The translations under genes were made by a program, and so were the position numbers. From positions 620,001-684,000 of the forward strand of contig JBLDXI010000032.1 of assembly GCA_047495785.1 (NCBI GenBank): a stretch of DNA of 64,000 bases, read 5' to 3'. The stretch comes from Lepidodermella squamata. Lineage: Eukaryota; Animalia; Gastrotricha. The stretch's first letter is position 1; every line of letters begins with the position of its first letter. The notes beneath the pieces are model-generated. The model did not search any database and was not told where the DNA came from. It saw only the letters and a list, made by a program, of their open reading frames with translations. This document shows, one piece after another, positions 24,023-36,328 of this stretch.

Positions 24023-25874
24023 ACAATGATGTAACAGATCGGACACTCACGCACTTGCCTGTTGTCGTTAAACCATAAATTTTCACACTAATTTAAATGC
24101 ATTGATTTAAAAGGTGGAAAAAGATGTACATCTCCAATTTTTTTTAAATTTTCATAGAAAGAATCTCCGTCTTTCAAGGATTCCAAAGATCAAAGGCTCA
24201 TCGCGCGATTCGATGCCGTTGATTTTTAAATTGAAAAACAAAAATGTGCATTGAAATTTAGTTGTTGAGTCCTTTCAATTCATTTTTTTCGCGTGGCCAC
24301 ATGTTTCTTTCCTCTTAAAACACAAACACAGATGGCGCCATTTTGTACTTTTTTATTATTACACATTTTCGAGCATGAAAAGCGAGAAAGCGAGTCAAAA
24401 ATTTAATTAAATTAAATATTTCCAGGGTGGCTACATGTTCTGATTTTGAGCTGCTTTCCGTATTTTCATCGGCTGTTTCGTATCGAATTGGCGCATTCGA
24501 ATTGGTGCTAGGAGTGTACCAGATTTTCTCGAATGATTGATCGCCGAGTTTTAATTATCGAAACGATAGGTCACCAATGATGGGCGAGTCAGACTAAAAT
24601 GAAAAGAAATTACCAGCATTTTCTCCAAACCTTATTTTTCTTACCATATCGTGCCATCGTGGGTTCGAAAGCTGAAGCATTCAACTACGCGACATGGTGT
24701 TACAAGACTCGAGTCGCAGCGAATAGATAGAGCCCGAGCATTTCTTCCCCGATAAGGGGCAGCGAAGCTTCATTTTGCATGCCTTTCTGAAGCAATTAAT
24801 TCTTGGAATTCAACTTCATCTCTGCTTTGCAAACTTTAAAAAGAAAATGAACATCATCAAACAAAATTCAATGTAAAAAGGCAGTTGTTTACAGGGTGCA
24901 CGAAAAATTTCGATATAATTTTCTAATGAATTTCGTAATAATTTCTGAATTAGATCTCCGAGTTTTTTTTAATAAAAATCCTTATAAATTTATTTTAAAA
25001 TGGCTCCGGAATTTATATTAATTTGAAATAATTCAAAATATTTTCGACCATAAAATAAATATTCGTATCTAAAAATTATGAAAATTATGCACGGTAAAAA
25101 ATGCTACAGTCATTATTAGGCTGGAAATATTAGGCGAACTTCTCAGGTTTTAAAGCTTTGAAAATGTCGAAAACTTACAGCCAAAAATATGAAATGTCAC
25201 TGGTTTTTAAATGAAGGAGGATTCAAACTGTATAGTTGTCAGGTGGGATTTCTAAAGAAAGATTTCAAACAGAAACCGATGATAATTTAAAAAATGTCCC
25301 CTGAGCTCTCGTGGCTCGTGCTAAAGGGTTGAATTTCAAGTGTGTTGTTGATTCCCATTTGCATTAAAATTTCTCACCACAACTTGTTTTTTCTTCGAGT
25401 GAATAATGAGTCATGATTACGCAACACAGTTTTGCATGGTGCTAATAATCGATTTTTCGATATTGATTTTCTCGACAACGAAGCCGAATCGCGCGACGGG
25501 GTTCGGTTTATTATGGCCGTAAAAAAATGCCCGATTTTCTGATATTTTTTTCAAGAATTTATGAGATGTACATATTTTCGGCCGGATTTATAATGGCCGA
25601 TCCACGGTACAAAGTTCATAATTAAATTTCAATGCGAAGTGTGTGAGTGTCCGATCTGTAACATTATTGTCTATGCCCTCAATATTCAATTATCGTTTAG
25701 AAATCAATAGCTATTCTTAGATCTCATGTTTATGTGCCATGCGGCAAGCCATTTTATCATACATTTATTTATCGACCATATGTTTTCTACTTTGAAAATA
25801 ATTTCGCAGAAATAGCTGCATATCAAACTAGTTTTTTTGAAAATATTGAAAATTTGTGGGTAAACCGCACTCAC

Positions 25875-27313
25875 CCGCCGTCTTGAGCTTCATGGGCGCG
25901 AATAATCGAAAGCAAGTTGTTTTGTTGAAGGAAATCGCAGCAAGCTGCATAGCTAAAGAAGTAGGAGCAGCCACGAACTGTGTTGTGAGTAAAGTGCTCT
26001 TTTGGTTCTTTCTCATTGCCGAAGTCCTCGGTCGGGTCCGACCACAACAGGTCGCACATGGGGCCGAAGGCGGGCGGCTCGCGGAAGCGGTCTAGCCTCC
26101 GAATGTCGTCCAGCGTGTGGATCTCCGGCGACAGCCCGCCGTGCACGCACAAGAACTGGCCGTTCATGAGCGCGGCGAGCGGCAGGCAGTCGAACGAGTC
26201 CATCGCCGCGTCGTAGATCTTCTCCGAGTACTTGATCTTACATTCTTGCTTGAACGTGAAGTACTCGGTGAGGTGACGGCACTCGTGGTTGCCGCGCAGC
26301 AGGAAGAAGGTGTTCGGGTGCAGGATTTTCAGCGCCCAGAGGAATACAAGGCACTCGACGGAGAAGTAGCCGCGGTCGACGTAGTCGCCCAGGAACAGGT
26401 ACTTGGTCTTCTCGGGCGGCCCGCCAACCTCGAACAGCTTCATCAGATCGTAGAACTGGCCGTGGATGTCGCCGCACACGGTCACCGGCGCTTCTATGTC
26501 GATCATCGTCTTCTCCTGGCGCAACAACGCCGCGCCCTCGTTGATAATCCGCAGCGCCACTTCATCTGTGACGCGTCCTTCCTGGATGAAATGCTGCTTC
26601 AGAACGTCCATACGAGGTTTGCCCCGGCTGTCAAACACCTCGGCCATCGTCAGACGATGTGTAGGAGGGTGGCCGACATCTAAAAATAACAATGCACGGA
26701 TTAAAAATTTTCTCAATTTTCTTAGTCAAATGCTTTGACCCATTTTTTTACGTCAATGTCGCCTTGCGCAGTCTCTATTCATTGAATGTTTAATTTTTTT
26801 TCTCCTGTCGTTTCATTGTGGCCAAGTAAAGCCATATATATGACAAGAGCTTTCAATTCAATTTCGTGCAATTTGCATAATAGAAAATTTGTTCCCAGGG
26901 CAAAAAAAATAACGACAGTCTTGGAAAAATCGCCCACCAAAAAACGATTAGTAAACTAGAGCGTGTAAACTGATGAAAGTCTGAATATAAATTAATCAAA
27001 GCCCTGATTAGCATTCACATCCCGGCGATATTGATTGGCTGCCGCTAATCGCAGCTCTACAAAATCAGTTTTTCCCGCGTCATTTTGCAGTTCAACATTC
27101 AATTAATAGACAGCGAAAATTTAAGGTGGAATTTTTCGTTTTTTTTCATGTTTTTTTTATTATTTCAATCCAGTTTGGTGACTCACTTTTGATGACCCGG
27201 TCAGTTGTCGACAGCTTCACGGCACTGGAATTAGCTGATTTCTTTTCCTCGTAGGCTTTCGCATCTTTGCCGTCGCCATCTTGCTGACTGTTATTGCCAC
27301 TGGACATAACCAT
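25875..27313 (-). CDS. PPP3CA: Calcineurin A (PP2B catalytic subunit), first two coding exons only
   Basis: Exon 1 27313/27307..27187 ends STTDRVIK. Exon 2 26679..25875 contains [41 protein letters not shown] and RAHEAQDG, and ends at a GTGAGT donor. Confidence 0.95.
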
Positions 27314-29341
27314 GGACGACGGCAAAAACGCAATCGAGAATGATGATGGGCGGGCAACGCTGCTGCAGCACACTTAAGTGACGTGTGATGTTGTGGGCAC
27401 TGAAGTAGAGACACGGCACTCAACTTAAAATGCCTAAATTCGGCAAGGAGGAAGAAAACGGCATAGAATAAAGACGAGCATCATTATACGCCGTAGAAGG
27501 AGCAAACAACGATGTGAACACGCGTCGTCCACGGATCGGCAATCTCATAGGGGAAGACTATAGTCCAGGCGACTGAGCTAACGAACGAGTAAAATCAATA
27601 AAAACGGATCAATGCGCATTGGCAAATCCCCAAACAATTCATATTTTAACTCTGCATTTGCTTCCCGTACCCGTGGCCCATGCTAACCACACGATATACG
27701 CGCTTCTAATGTCTATATCGGCGCGCGCCTCGCTAATATGTATGCACTCTGCGAAAGAACAACAGATAAAGAGCAGAAGAGACAACATTTGCCAGTTGTG
27801 AGCCAGGCCTACTCGTTAATAAGCAGCGTCAAATCGCCCGCGTCAATTCAAGGTGATTCACCAATTCAGTTTATACGCAGAGAAAGCCTCTTGACATTCG
27901 CGTTCTGTTAAATAAACATAAAGGTGACACATACAGCGAGTTAGGAAAAGACCGTTTTAGGTAATGGATATAACTTGCAGTGAATAGAGCCAACTAATCA
28001 GTGCACCTAAATGTTTCTATATGAATGCTTCGCGGAGAGTCAAAAGACACTTGCCAATTTAACAACTGGTGTGTATTCTGGCATCAGAAATACGCCTTCC
28101 CTGATAATCTTTTAATAAAAAGTCTGTGTATACGCTCGCCGGGTAGGTGGTACGCCTCGTCCCAAATCAACAAGCGAATGCTTTCAACTGACAGAATTAA
28201 AATCTAGCCTAAAAACTTGAGTGCAAGGCGAGACAATCGTTTTAGGGAGAACAAGGAACTCATGAGCAATGAGATCGAGGGCAGGATTGAAAAATCTGCT
28301 ATACTTTAATAGCAATAAGTTAATACACATACATCGTAAAAATAAATACACCTAACGGACGATAAGTAAAATGAGAGCAATGAGAAAGGTAGGGTAAGGT
28401 AAGAAAGGTATATTTGCGAGCGATTTCAACTTATCTAAAATCAAAATGGCTATCAACAGTCATAGTTTATATTAAAAATCATACAGCCTTGATAATGGTA
28501 CGAAGCTGGATATCACACAGTCAGAAGAAAGCAGAAAAAACATGACTCTTGCTGCTGTCTACCGCAATTGATCAGCAACTGAAGAGGTTAAAAATAGTAT
28601 GAGCAGCCAGTAAAAGATAAATAAATTTTCAATAATGATAAATGTTGAAAACTTCATCGCGAAAATTATTCAGGATTTTCTGACAGACGACTTTCTGGAA
28701 GGTCGAGGACATTGTATCTGACTTCTGCGGATATATTTTTAACACTGCGTTAAAGGCCAAAGCAACAGAGTAAGCAACAAGGTAAAACTGCGGTTTCCTA
28801 ATAAATCGACCCCAACTGGCGCAAACATTGACAGAATACTGAGCGTTACCTCAAAATAAACGACTTTGGTTGATCAAATAAAAAGATAGATGGCCGGCGA
28901 TATGCAAGTGACTCCAAATCGCAAGGTGCGCTCCTGGGAGAAAAATTCGCCCTGCAAGCTCTACAAGGCGGCTTGCCGATTGAAAAAGCTGAGTGGTATC
29001 ACGATAAATGCCGTCGAACTACTACGTCAGAACTTCTACTAGTGTACCAGTGGTGTTCAATTCATGAAGTCAACGTGAGGTGCGCGCACGACCCAGGATA
29101 AACTGAATATTTCCGCCACTTCCGATGATAAAGATGGGAATAGGTTGTTTCTTAGCTTTGCTAGTAATTGAGTTGCGAGGCACTATAGTATAGATTAGAT
29201 CGTATCACTATAAGCTTGAATCAGTAAACAAACTATATCCTCAGCAAGCATTACTGAATTAGCAATACGACGATGTTCGATGAAAAAGCTAAATAGAAAA
29301 GGAAAATGAGAACGGTTAGTTTTCTGGGTTCACGGCGCAAG

Positions 29342-29368
29342 TGTAAGATGTAAGATGTAAGATGTAAA
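29342..29368 (+). repeat. (TGTAAGA)n short tandem repeat
   Basis: About 3.7 copies are seen directly. Confidence 0.7.
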
Positions 29369-30934
29369 ACTTGAGCTTCGTGCCAAAAGGGCAATTATAC
29401 TACTAAAATAGCTCTCACGCACGAAATGTACGGCCGGTTCATAACGTGTCGGGGAATACAAGCAACAAGCAACGAAGACCTAACACGTTCCACGGGCTCG
29501 TGACGTCAAACTAACTGCCCTTTTGGCGCTAAGCTAACGAAAAGTCACAAGTCACCCAGCGGTTCATTCCCTAAGGCCCAACTTACGGTTTAGAAATTGG
29601 ATATTGGGATCATTCAATGAACTTCCCGCCTTCTCTTACTCAGAAAACAATAAAATGACTACCTATGTTACTCGCGGCACCGGCTCTTCAATGTCTGTCA
29701 GAAGGACTCTAGGCAGTTATGGGCTGTCTTGTTTGATTATCATATTATAAGATCAAAGCTTTTCTCAGTTATCAGCCAACGACGCATTCCTAGATTCAAG
29801 ATCCATCTTGAAGAGGCGTTAAGTTAGCAATCGAAAACCGCGACTGAGGACTGAGAATTATTAGAATCAGTTCATGTAATCGAAAACCTATATTGGTAAA
29901 TAATAATGCTGGTCGCCAGGCAAAATATTTCCCCGAACGACAATTTGCGAGATAATTACGGGGCCTACATGAATCGATTCTGCCAAATAATCAGTAGCAA
30001 GTTTGGGCCATCGATCGAAAACAGAATAGCAAACTAGGCTCAAAGTTAACAGCTGGAAAAGGCTCGACGACTACCATAAAAACAACAGCATCACGAGGGA
30101 ATCTCAGTCAATGAAAAAGAAGGCATAAAACAATGCTCCATCAGCAAACTGTTGACGCTGCGCAGTAACTATATTCGCGCCCACCTTAAGGTCAAATAAC
30201 TCGGCGTCGTTTTTTTCGTTCGGTGTAATAAAATTGCTATCAATGTTTTTCTTCACGTATAATAAATTTCAAATTCTGTCATATTATTGGTAAATTTATT
30301 TTATTCGCATGTGGTCAATTTGTTTGGGGAAATTATTTGTTGAAGCTTTTTTAGTTTTGCGTCTGAAGTTGTCTGTTGTTTCTAAAGGTTCTGGCTGTCG
30401 ATCAAGTTGCCGGAGGTGGTGAGTTTTTCGTGTCTGTTGTCTGTTAAGGAAAGGTCTGCTGTGAGCTGAAAGAATCACGTACGTACATTGTCGTCTGCAT
30501 TGTGCAGTTTGTTGCTCATATTCAGTAATGGGTGCAAGGTGCAAATAACTTGTGAACATCCCGTAATTGATGTATTGGATGCCATACAGACATACAGAGT
30601 CATTAGAGATCACAGGAGTCAAGTCATATCTCATTTGTCACTTGAAACATTTCCGAGGCATCTCTGGACTTTGCCGAACCCCATTGGTTCGCCTTATTTC
30701 CGTGCTTCTGTATTATGTAGCTTACTCTTGCTCTAACTCACAACTTTATGCCTGCATTAAATTATTTGGAATGACTGGCCGGACTTCTGCAATGTGGTAA
30801 TAATGCATTTTCCAATAGATTCTGGATATTGAAGCCATGATTGCTGCCTTCAGCTTGATAGACAGTCAATGACAAATTTAATTCGTTCATCATTTTTAAT
30901 TTATAGAGACTAATTAGGAGTGCGCATTGTTGTT

Positions 30935-31901
30935 ATGGCGCCCGTAAGCAACAGCACTGGCCCTGTTTCTGGAAGGAAAGCTGCTAAGGGCATCTTCGCA
31001 GGTAATTGGTTGCGCTGATGTTTGTATCTTCACACAACTATGGTCTTTTCTTTTAGGTGGTGTTACCGGGGGTCTTGAAATTTGCATAACCTATCCAACG
31101 GAGTACGTGAAAACACTCCTGCAGCTTGACCAGAAGCTGGGCGCTGATCGCAAATACAACGGTGTGATTGACTGCGCATCAAAGACGTATCGCGCCCATG
31201 GTTTCTTGGGAATGTACCGCGGTCTATCTGTTCTACTTTACGGCTCAATCCCTAAAAGTGCTGTGCGATTCGGCGCATTTGAAGAATTCAAAAGACACTT
31301 TGTCGACGACCGTGGTCGTTTGTCTCGCGGATCTAGTCTAATTTGCGGTCTGGGCGCTGGTGTTTCTGAGGCTATTCTAGCAGTTACACCGATGGAAACC
31401 ATCAAAGTGAAATTCATCGACGATCGTAACTCGGCAAACCCGAAATTCCGCGGATTTTTCCACGGAGTTCGAGAAATTGTCCGCACATATGGTATCGGAG
31501 GCGTTTACAAAGGAGTAACTGCCACGATTATCAAACAAGGCTCAAACCAGGCAATTCGTTTCTTTGTTATGGAATCTCTTCGCAACTGGTGGAAAGGCGA
31601 CGATCACAACGCTACTGTGCCAAAACTTGTAGTCGGCGCTTTTGGCGCCGTTGCAGGCGCTGCCTCAGTTTTCGGCAACACGCCGGTCGATGTTGTCAAA
31701 TCACGCATGCAGGGTCTCGAGGCGCATAAATATCGCTCGACCTGGCACTGTGCTGTCGTAACGGCGAAGGAGGAAGGCTTCCGCGGTTTTTACAAGGGCA
31801 CCATCCCTCGTCTGAGCCGTGTCTGCTTGGACGTTGCGATTACGTTCATGATCTACGACAGTATTATGGAAGCTATTGACAAGATCTTCAAGGAAAAATA
31901 A
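30935..31901 (+). CDS. SLC25A1: Mitochondrial citrate (tricarboxylate) carrier
   Basis: Exon 1 30935..31001, intron 31002..31056, exon 2 31057..31901. Motifs include EICITYPTEYVKT, LLYGSIPKSAVRFG, PMETIKVKFI, KQGSNQAIRF and ASVFGNTPVDVVKSRMQGL. Confidence 0.95.
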
Positions 31902-32290
31902 TCTTGCTCGAAGTTACTTCAAAAAACATTCGTAGTATTTGCAATATTTTGTGATTTAATGTGAGTCTTTGTCGTTTAAACTGCTGTGATCGTAATAATG
32001 GGTCTTGTGGTCTGCTGTTTTCATCTACATAATATTCCAGTGATAAAAAACCGGCCCGCTAAAATCGACTGAGCTGGCTAATTTACGAGATTTATATAAA
32101 TATATTTTTGTGAGGTGCGCCCCTGGAATCTTTCGTTTTAATATTACATGCTGGGCCGTCATAATGTGTGCTAATCAACTGGACTCTAATCGCTTCCCTC
32201 TAACAGAAATTGCCAATATTTGTAACTTATTTGTCGAGTAAATTTTTTGCTTTATTTTTAATTTATTTTGTAATTTAGATTTTTTGAAAA

Positions 32291-32479
32291 ATGTATAACG
32301 AAAAAACACCTCGGAGATATGCGGTTGAGGAGGAATTGCCGTCGCCTATGACATTCATGCCGTACAATGTCGCCGTGGTTCTCTGCTCAATCCTGTTGCC
32401 TACGTTCATCGCAATAGGCGTTCTTGTTGGAATTTGCTACGCAATCGATCCGAATCAAATCGCCATGGGCCGATCTTAG
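32291..32479 (+). CDS. Putative small single-pass membrane protein (62 aa)
   Basis: The ORF is a GC-richer island in AT-rich flanks. An AAAATG start lies 12 nt after a polypyrimidine/TTTAG acceptor, and there is one long hydrophobic helix. Confidence 0.5.
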   Translation: MYNEKTPRRYAVEEELPSPMTFMPYNVAVVLCSILLPTFIAIGVLVGICYAIDPNQIAMGRS

Positions 32480-35145
32480 GAGACGGGAAAGAAACATTCG
32501 AGGACGTTGTGCATTTTTTTGCGGTTGTGAATTTTATACATCGTCTGCCACTTTTTACATTATTTACTGGTTATATTAAATGCGAAAAATTCCGGAAACA
32601 ATTTACTACGTTACCTTCCGCTTTTAACAAGCTGCAACACTTCATTATATTAGATCATTATATTGCTGAATTATAGTAATAACAATAAAGGAGAAAAATG
32701 TTAATTTATTTGCTTATATTTCTGGGTACATGAGGGTGAAAAATATTGAAAGGTAAATGTTGATCGTGGGTGAGACATGAAATAGTTATTTCAGCAGCAG
32801 CTGTGAACACATCAATATTTTGTGTTTCGGATGAGAAAAATTGCTGCTGCGGCTGCTGGTTCACAAGAGTCAACAACAACGACAAATTGAGTTGTTTATA
32901 CGCGTCTGGCGAAACGCGGGAGTGGTGATGCGAAATCACGTGAATAAATAATATTCAGGCGATGCATCGCGATCAGGAAATGGGCGCCAAGCCGTTTGTA
33001 AAACGCGCGCTCAGCGTACGCTAGTCTTAATTATACCCAGCTCTATTATACCTAGCTATGCGAAAACAGGGGAAGCACACAAGACATGGCGCTTTGTTAT
33101 CGCGGATGTTTCGATGAGTTTTTGTTGAAACGTTATTTTCAGGCCTAAACAAACGAATGTTTCTTCTGGTCACACGTTTTCCGGATTTTTCTTTTCACCT
33201 GGCGAAAGTCACGCCGATATTTATTTACGCACATGCTGATGTCTGTCTGTATATGCCGCTGCGGCGACAAGATATTACCGCATATAGATTGCGCGGGCAT
33301 AATATTATTTTTAACCATCATCAATTTTCAGCGCGCAACTGCCTTGGTGTTTCGCGCCGCTTAATTTTTATTACCGCATTTTAAAAGGTAAAGTAATTAT
33401 GTTGTTGATAGAGCTTATCTGCTCGTCATTTACAAGCATGTCGCCGAGGCGTAATCGCCGTGATGGTGAGATCATCAATCTGTGGCAGCTAAATGGTTGC
33501 ATTGTGGTGCCTTCAGGCCCAGATTACCTGCGTAGATATGTTCTAGGCTTGCTTGCGAAATAGACAGGGCAAATTAACAACTTTGCGCGCACCTGTTTAA
33601 TCATAAGACACATACAAGATGCGAGAACAGGAACATCCCTTACGGCAGAATGCCGACGTCTGTATCTATACTACGTACCTGTATGTGTTGAGATATAATA
33701 AGAAATTTATTAGTAAATTTTATCGTAAAGAGAGCGGCATGTAGCTTTTACGATTCGTCGTCTAGCCGCCGGCGCCCAACCAATATGGTACCTAATATAC
33801 CTGCTCGCGTAGCGTCGATACGCTATGCCGAAAGGTGAGAGACGGGACATCACGGCGCTCGGATGGGACATTTTTTGTTAATTATCTTCATCTAATTGCG
33901 GAATATCCCACTTTTGCGTCACGCCGAATCAATTATTATTTTACGAAACGGTGTTTCCGTTTGAAACAAGCGCGTTGTTTACTTGAATTTTTACCTGTTT
34001 AATGTCTTGAGGTTTATTGCAAAAATAGGTCAAAACGTGACGCGCTCTGGAATTTTTCTCATCAGACAAATAGATCCTCATTATTTCTCTACCTTAAAGT
34101 AATAGACTAAACCTTTAAAATTAACAATTTTTCAACTCTTGTTAATATGAAGTTATTAGCTGATGGGCTGAAATAATGAAGTTCATCGTTTGGAACGAGT
34201 TACAGCCAGTTTTCCGTCACAGTTTTTCCCCAATTTCGCCCCTCAACTAAGGAAAGCTTGATGTAACTTGTAACTATACACAATAGAATCAGTTTAATCA
34301 ATTAACTGAGGTGATTCAACTTTTACCAATTCCAGGTTTAAGGTGCAATTCGACCACAGATCAACAACCGGGCCTATAAGGTTCCCAGTCGGTCATAACA
34401 TTGTTGAGGGAAATTCTGGGCAGCTCTTGGAAGCAGAAACAAAGCTATTTCGAGGTTTTTTTCAAATTGCCGCGAAAATATGTGCATGATTGCTTGAGCT
34501 TCCAATTATTAATTCCAATTTCCCTTAAGAAAATAGTCAAATTAGTCAAATTCAAAGAGCTTGGTTTCGTAATATCTTGGTATAGAAATTTAGCATCGGA
34601 TTTAATCCCTTTTTAAGACTTTCTGTTTCAACTAACTTTGAAAATATTATCTGAAAATCCTAATGACTATCTAATATTGCAAGGACCCTACAAGGTTTTT
34701 GGTGCCAATCGATTTTTTCGCCCCCATATATTCAAATTTCCCTATACCCCAGCCGCTCTCAGGCTGAAATTCTGCTTAACCCAAAAATGTTGTCTTTCAG
34801 TAGCAGTCATATATTATAAACAGTTCGTAGAAATTAACCTGGAAACACGTAATTTAACGTTTTTTGTTACATTTCCGCAAGTAATTACCAAAGATAAGTG
34901 TATAAACTGCAGCAGTTTAGCGTCTCAATTTTGGCGCATCAAGTGCGCGTGCGCGTCGCGTTCGGTGCGCGCGCGTTTAGGTACACGCCAAAAACTCTGC
35001 GCTATGGCATATATGTTTATCTAAAAATACTGCTGCCGCAATAAAATTTACGTGCAGTGATAAACAAAGCAATAATTATCATCGCATTTCCGCCTCGGGC
35101 TGGTCCCAAGTTAAATTTCAATACAAAACCTCAAGATTTTGATAA

Positions 35146-35195
35146 GCTGTTGTTGTTTGTCGTTATCATTATTATTGTTGTTGTTGTTGTTGTTG
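35146..35195 (+). repeat. (GTT)n microsatellite
   Basis: Runs of GTT are seen directly. Confidence 0.7.
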
Positions 35196-36328
35196 TGGTG
35201 TTTCTCTGAAAATTACAGGTGTCATCCTTTTTCTGCGTTTTTATTGATATCTTTATGTACCTGCCAAGGGCTTTTGTCTCATTTCAGGATTTAACGCTGT
35301 TGTTTTTGTTAGAAATACGTATAATCCATCTATTAGCCGTCTCTATGTTTTTGATATTTCGGCCTCTAACACTTATATTATTATTTGTAAAAATATAAAT
35401 AGACTCGAAGACGCGCGGTAATATTTTTATACCGCCTTAATATATTAAGGCAACAAAAACAATTTAGCTCATCGCTCGACGTTTTTGCTCGTCAAAAGAA
35501 GAGTGCAAAATTTCTCTAGCTATATATTTGTTGAAGATTTCGGCGAGAACGAAACAGCGGCAACATAATATATAGGTATATGACCTTAATATTTAAGTGT
35601 GTTTATTGTACCATAAAAATACAGAGCGCGCGCGCGTCTCGATTCGCACCAGAGGCGCGCTTGTTGGCCTAAAAACGTAGTAATAATGGAAAACGTTGAC
35701 ATAGATTATACGTTTTATTAAAAGCAGGTGGCTGTTGCTTCTGCTGTCTCGCCGGCCGTCTGCGCTGTGCGTTCGAACGCCAAGCTCACCGCAGCGTCAC
35801 TTGGTTTTTGAAAATAAACCCATAACAAGCGGTGTAAGACACAATTTTAAAAGATAATTTATCTTTCCTTTCTTTGCGACTCGCGCGCACTGATACTAAG
35901 GCCGCTTTCTTAAATAAACACTCGCATATATGTTATGCTATACCTAGTGTTTCAATAATTATTTTTCGCTAGATCTGTGTTATAACTGTTAACTTGAATT
36001 ACGATCTAGAGTCAAGTTGAGATGGTTACTTACTTCACATTTTTCACCGCTCAATTTTTCGCGGCAACACGCGCCTCTCGCGTGAAAATTATGAAACATT
36101 TTTCGGGGGCAAATAAAAATGTCAATAAATATTTGCTCGACTTGATGAGCTTAGCGCAAACATGTCATCTTTTTGCCACGCTGCGGCCTACAAATTGCTG
36201 TTGTTGTTTTTGCGCTAGTTTTAATTGTTCCATTTTAAATTACCCGACCCGAAAAATAACGGAACAATCAGGTAATTTGTCAAGAGATCTAATCAAATCT
36301 TGAACTAACGCTAATTTTTTCATCTAGA

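Noticed and set aside
26016-26738. Long antisense and alternate-frame ORFs over calcineurin, and likewise over the ANT-like exon and the 7.9-8.4 kb gene
   Set aside because: These are shadow ORFs caused by GC-rich codon usage or low complexity.
34090-34800. Possible TTAA-flanked (Kolobok/piggyBac-like) element
   Set aside because: I could not pair convincing terminal inverted repeats.
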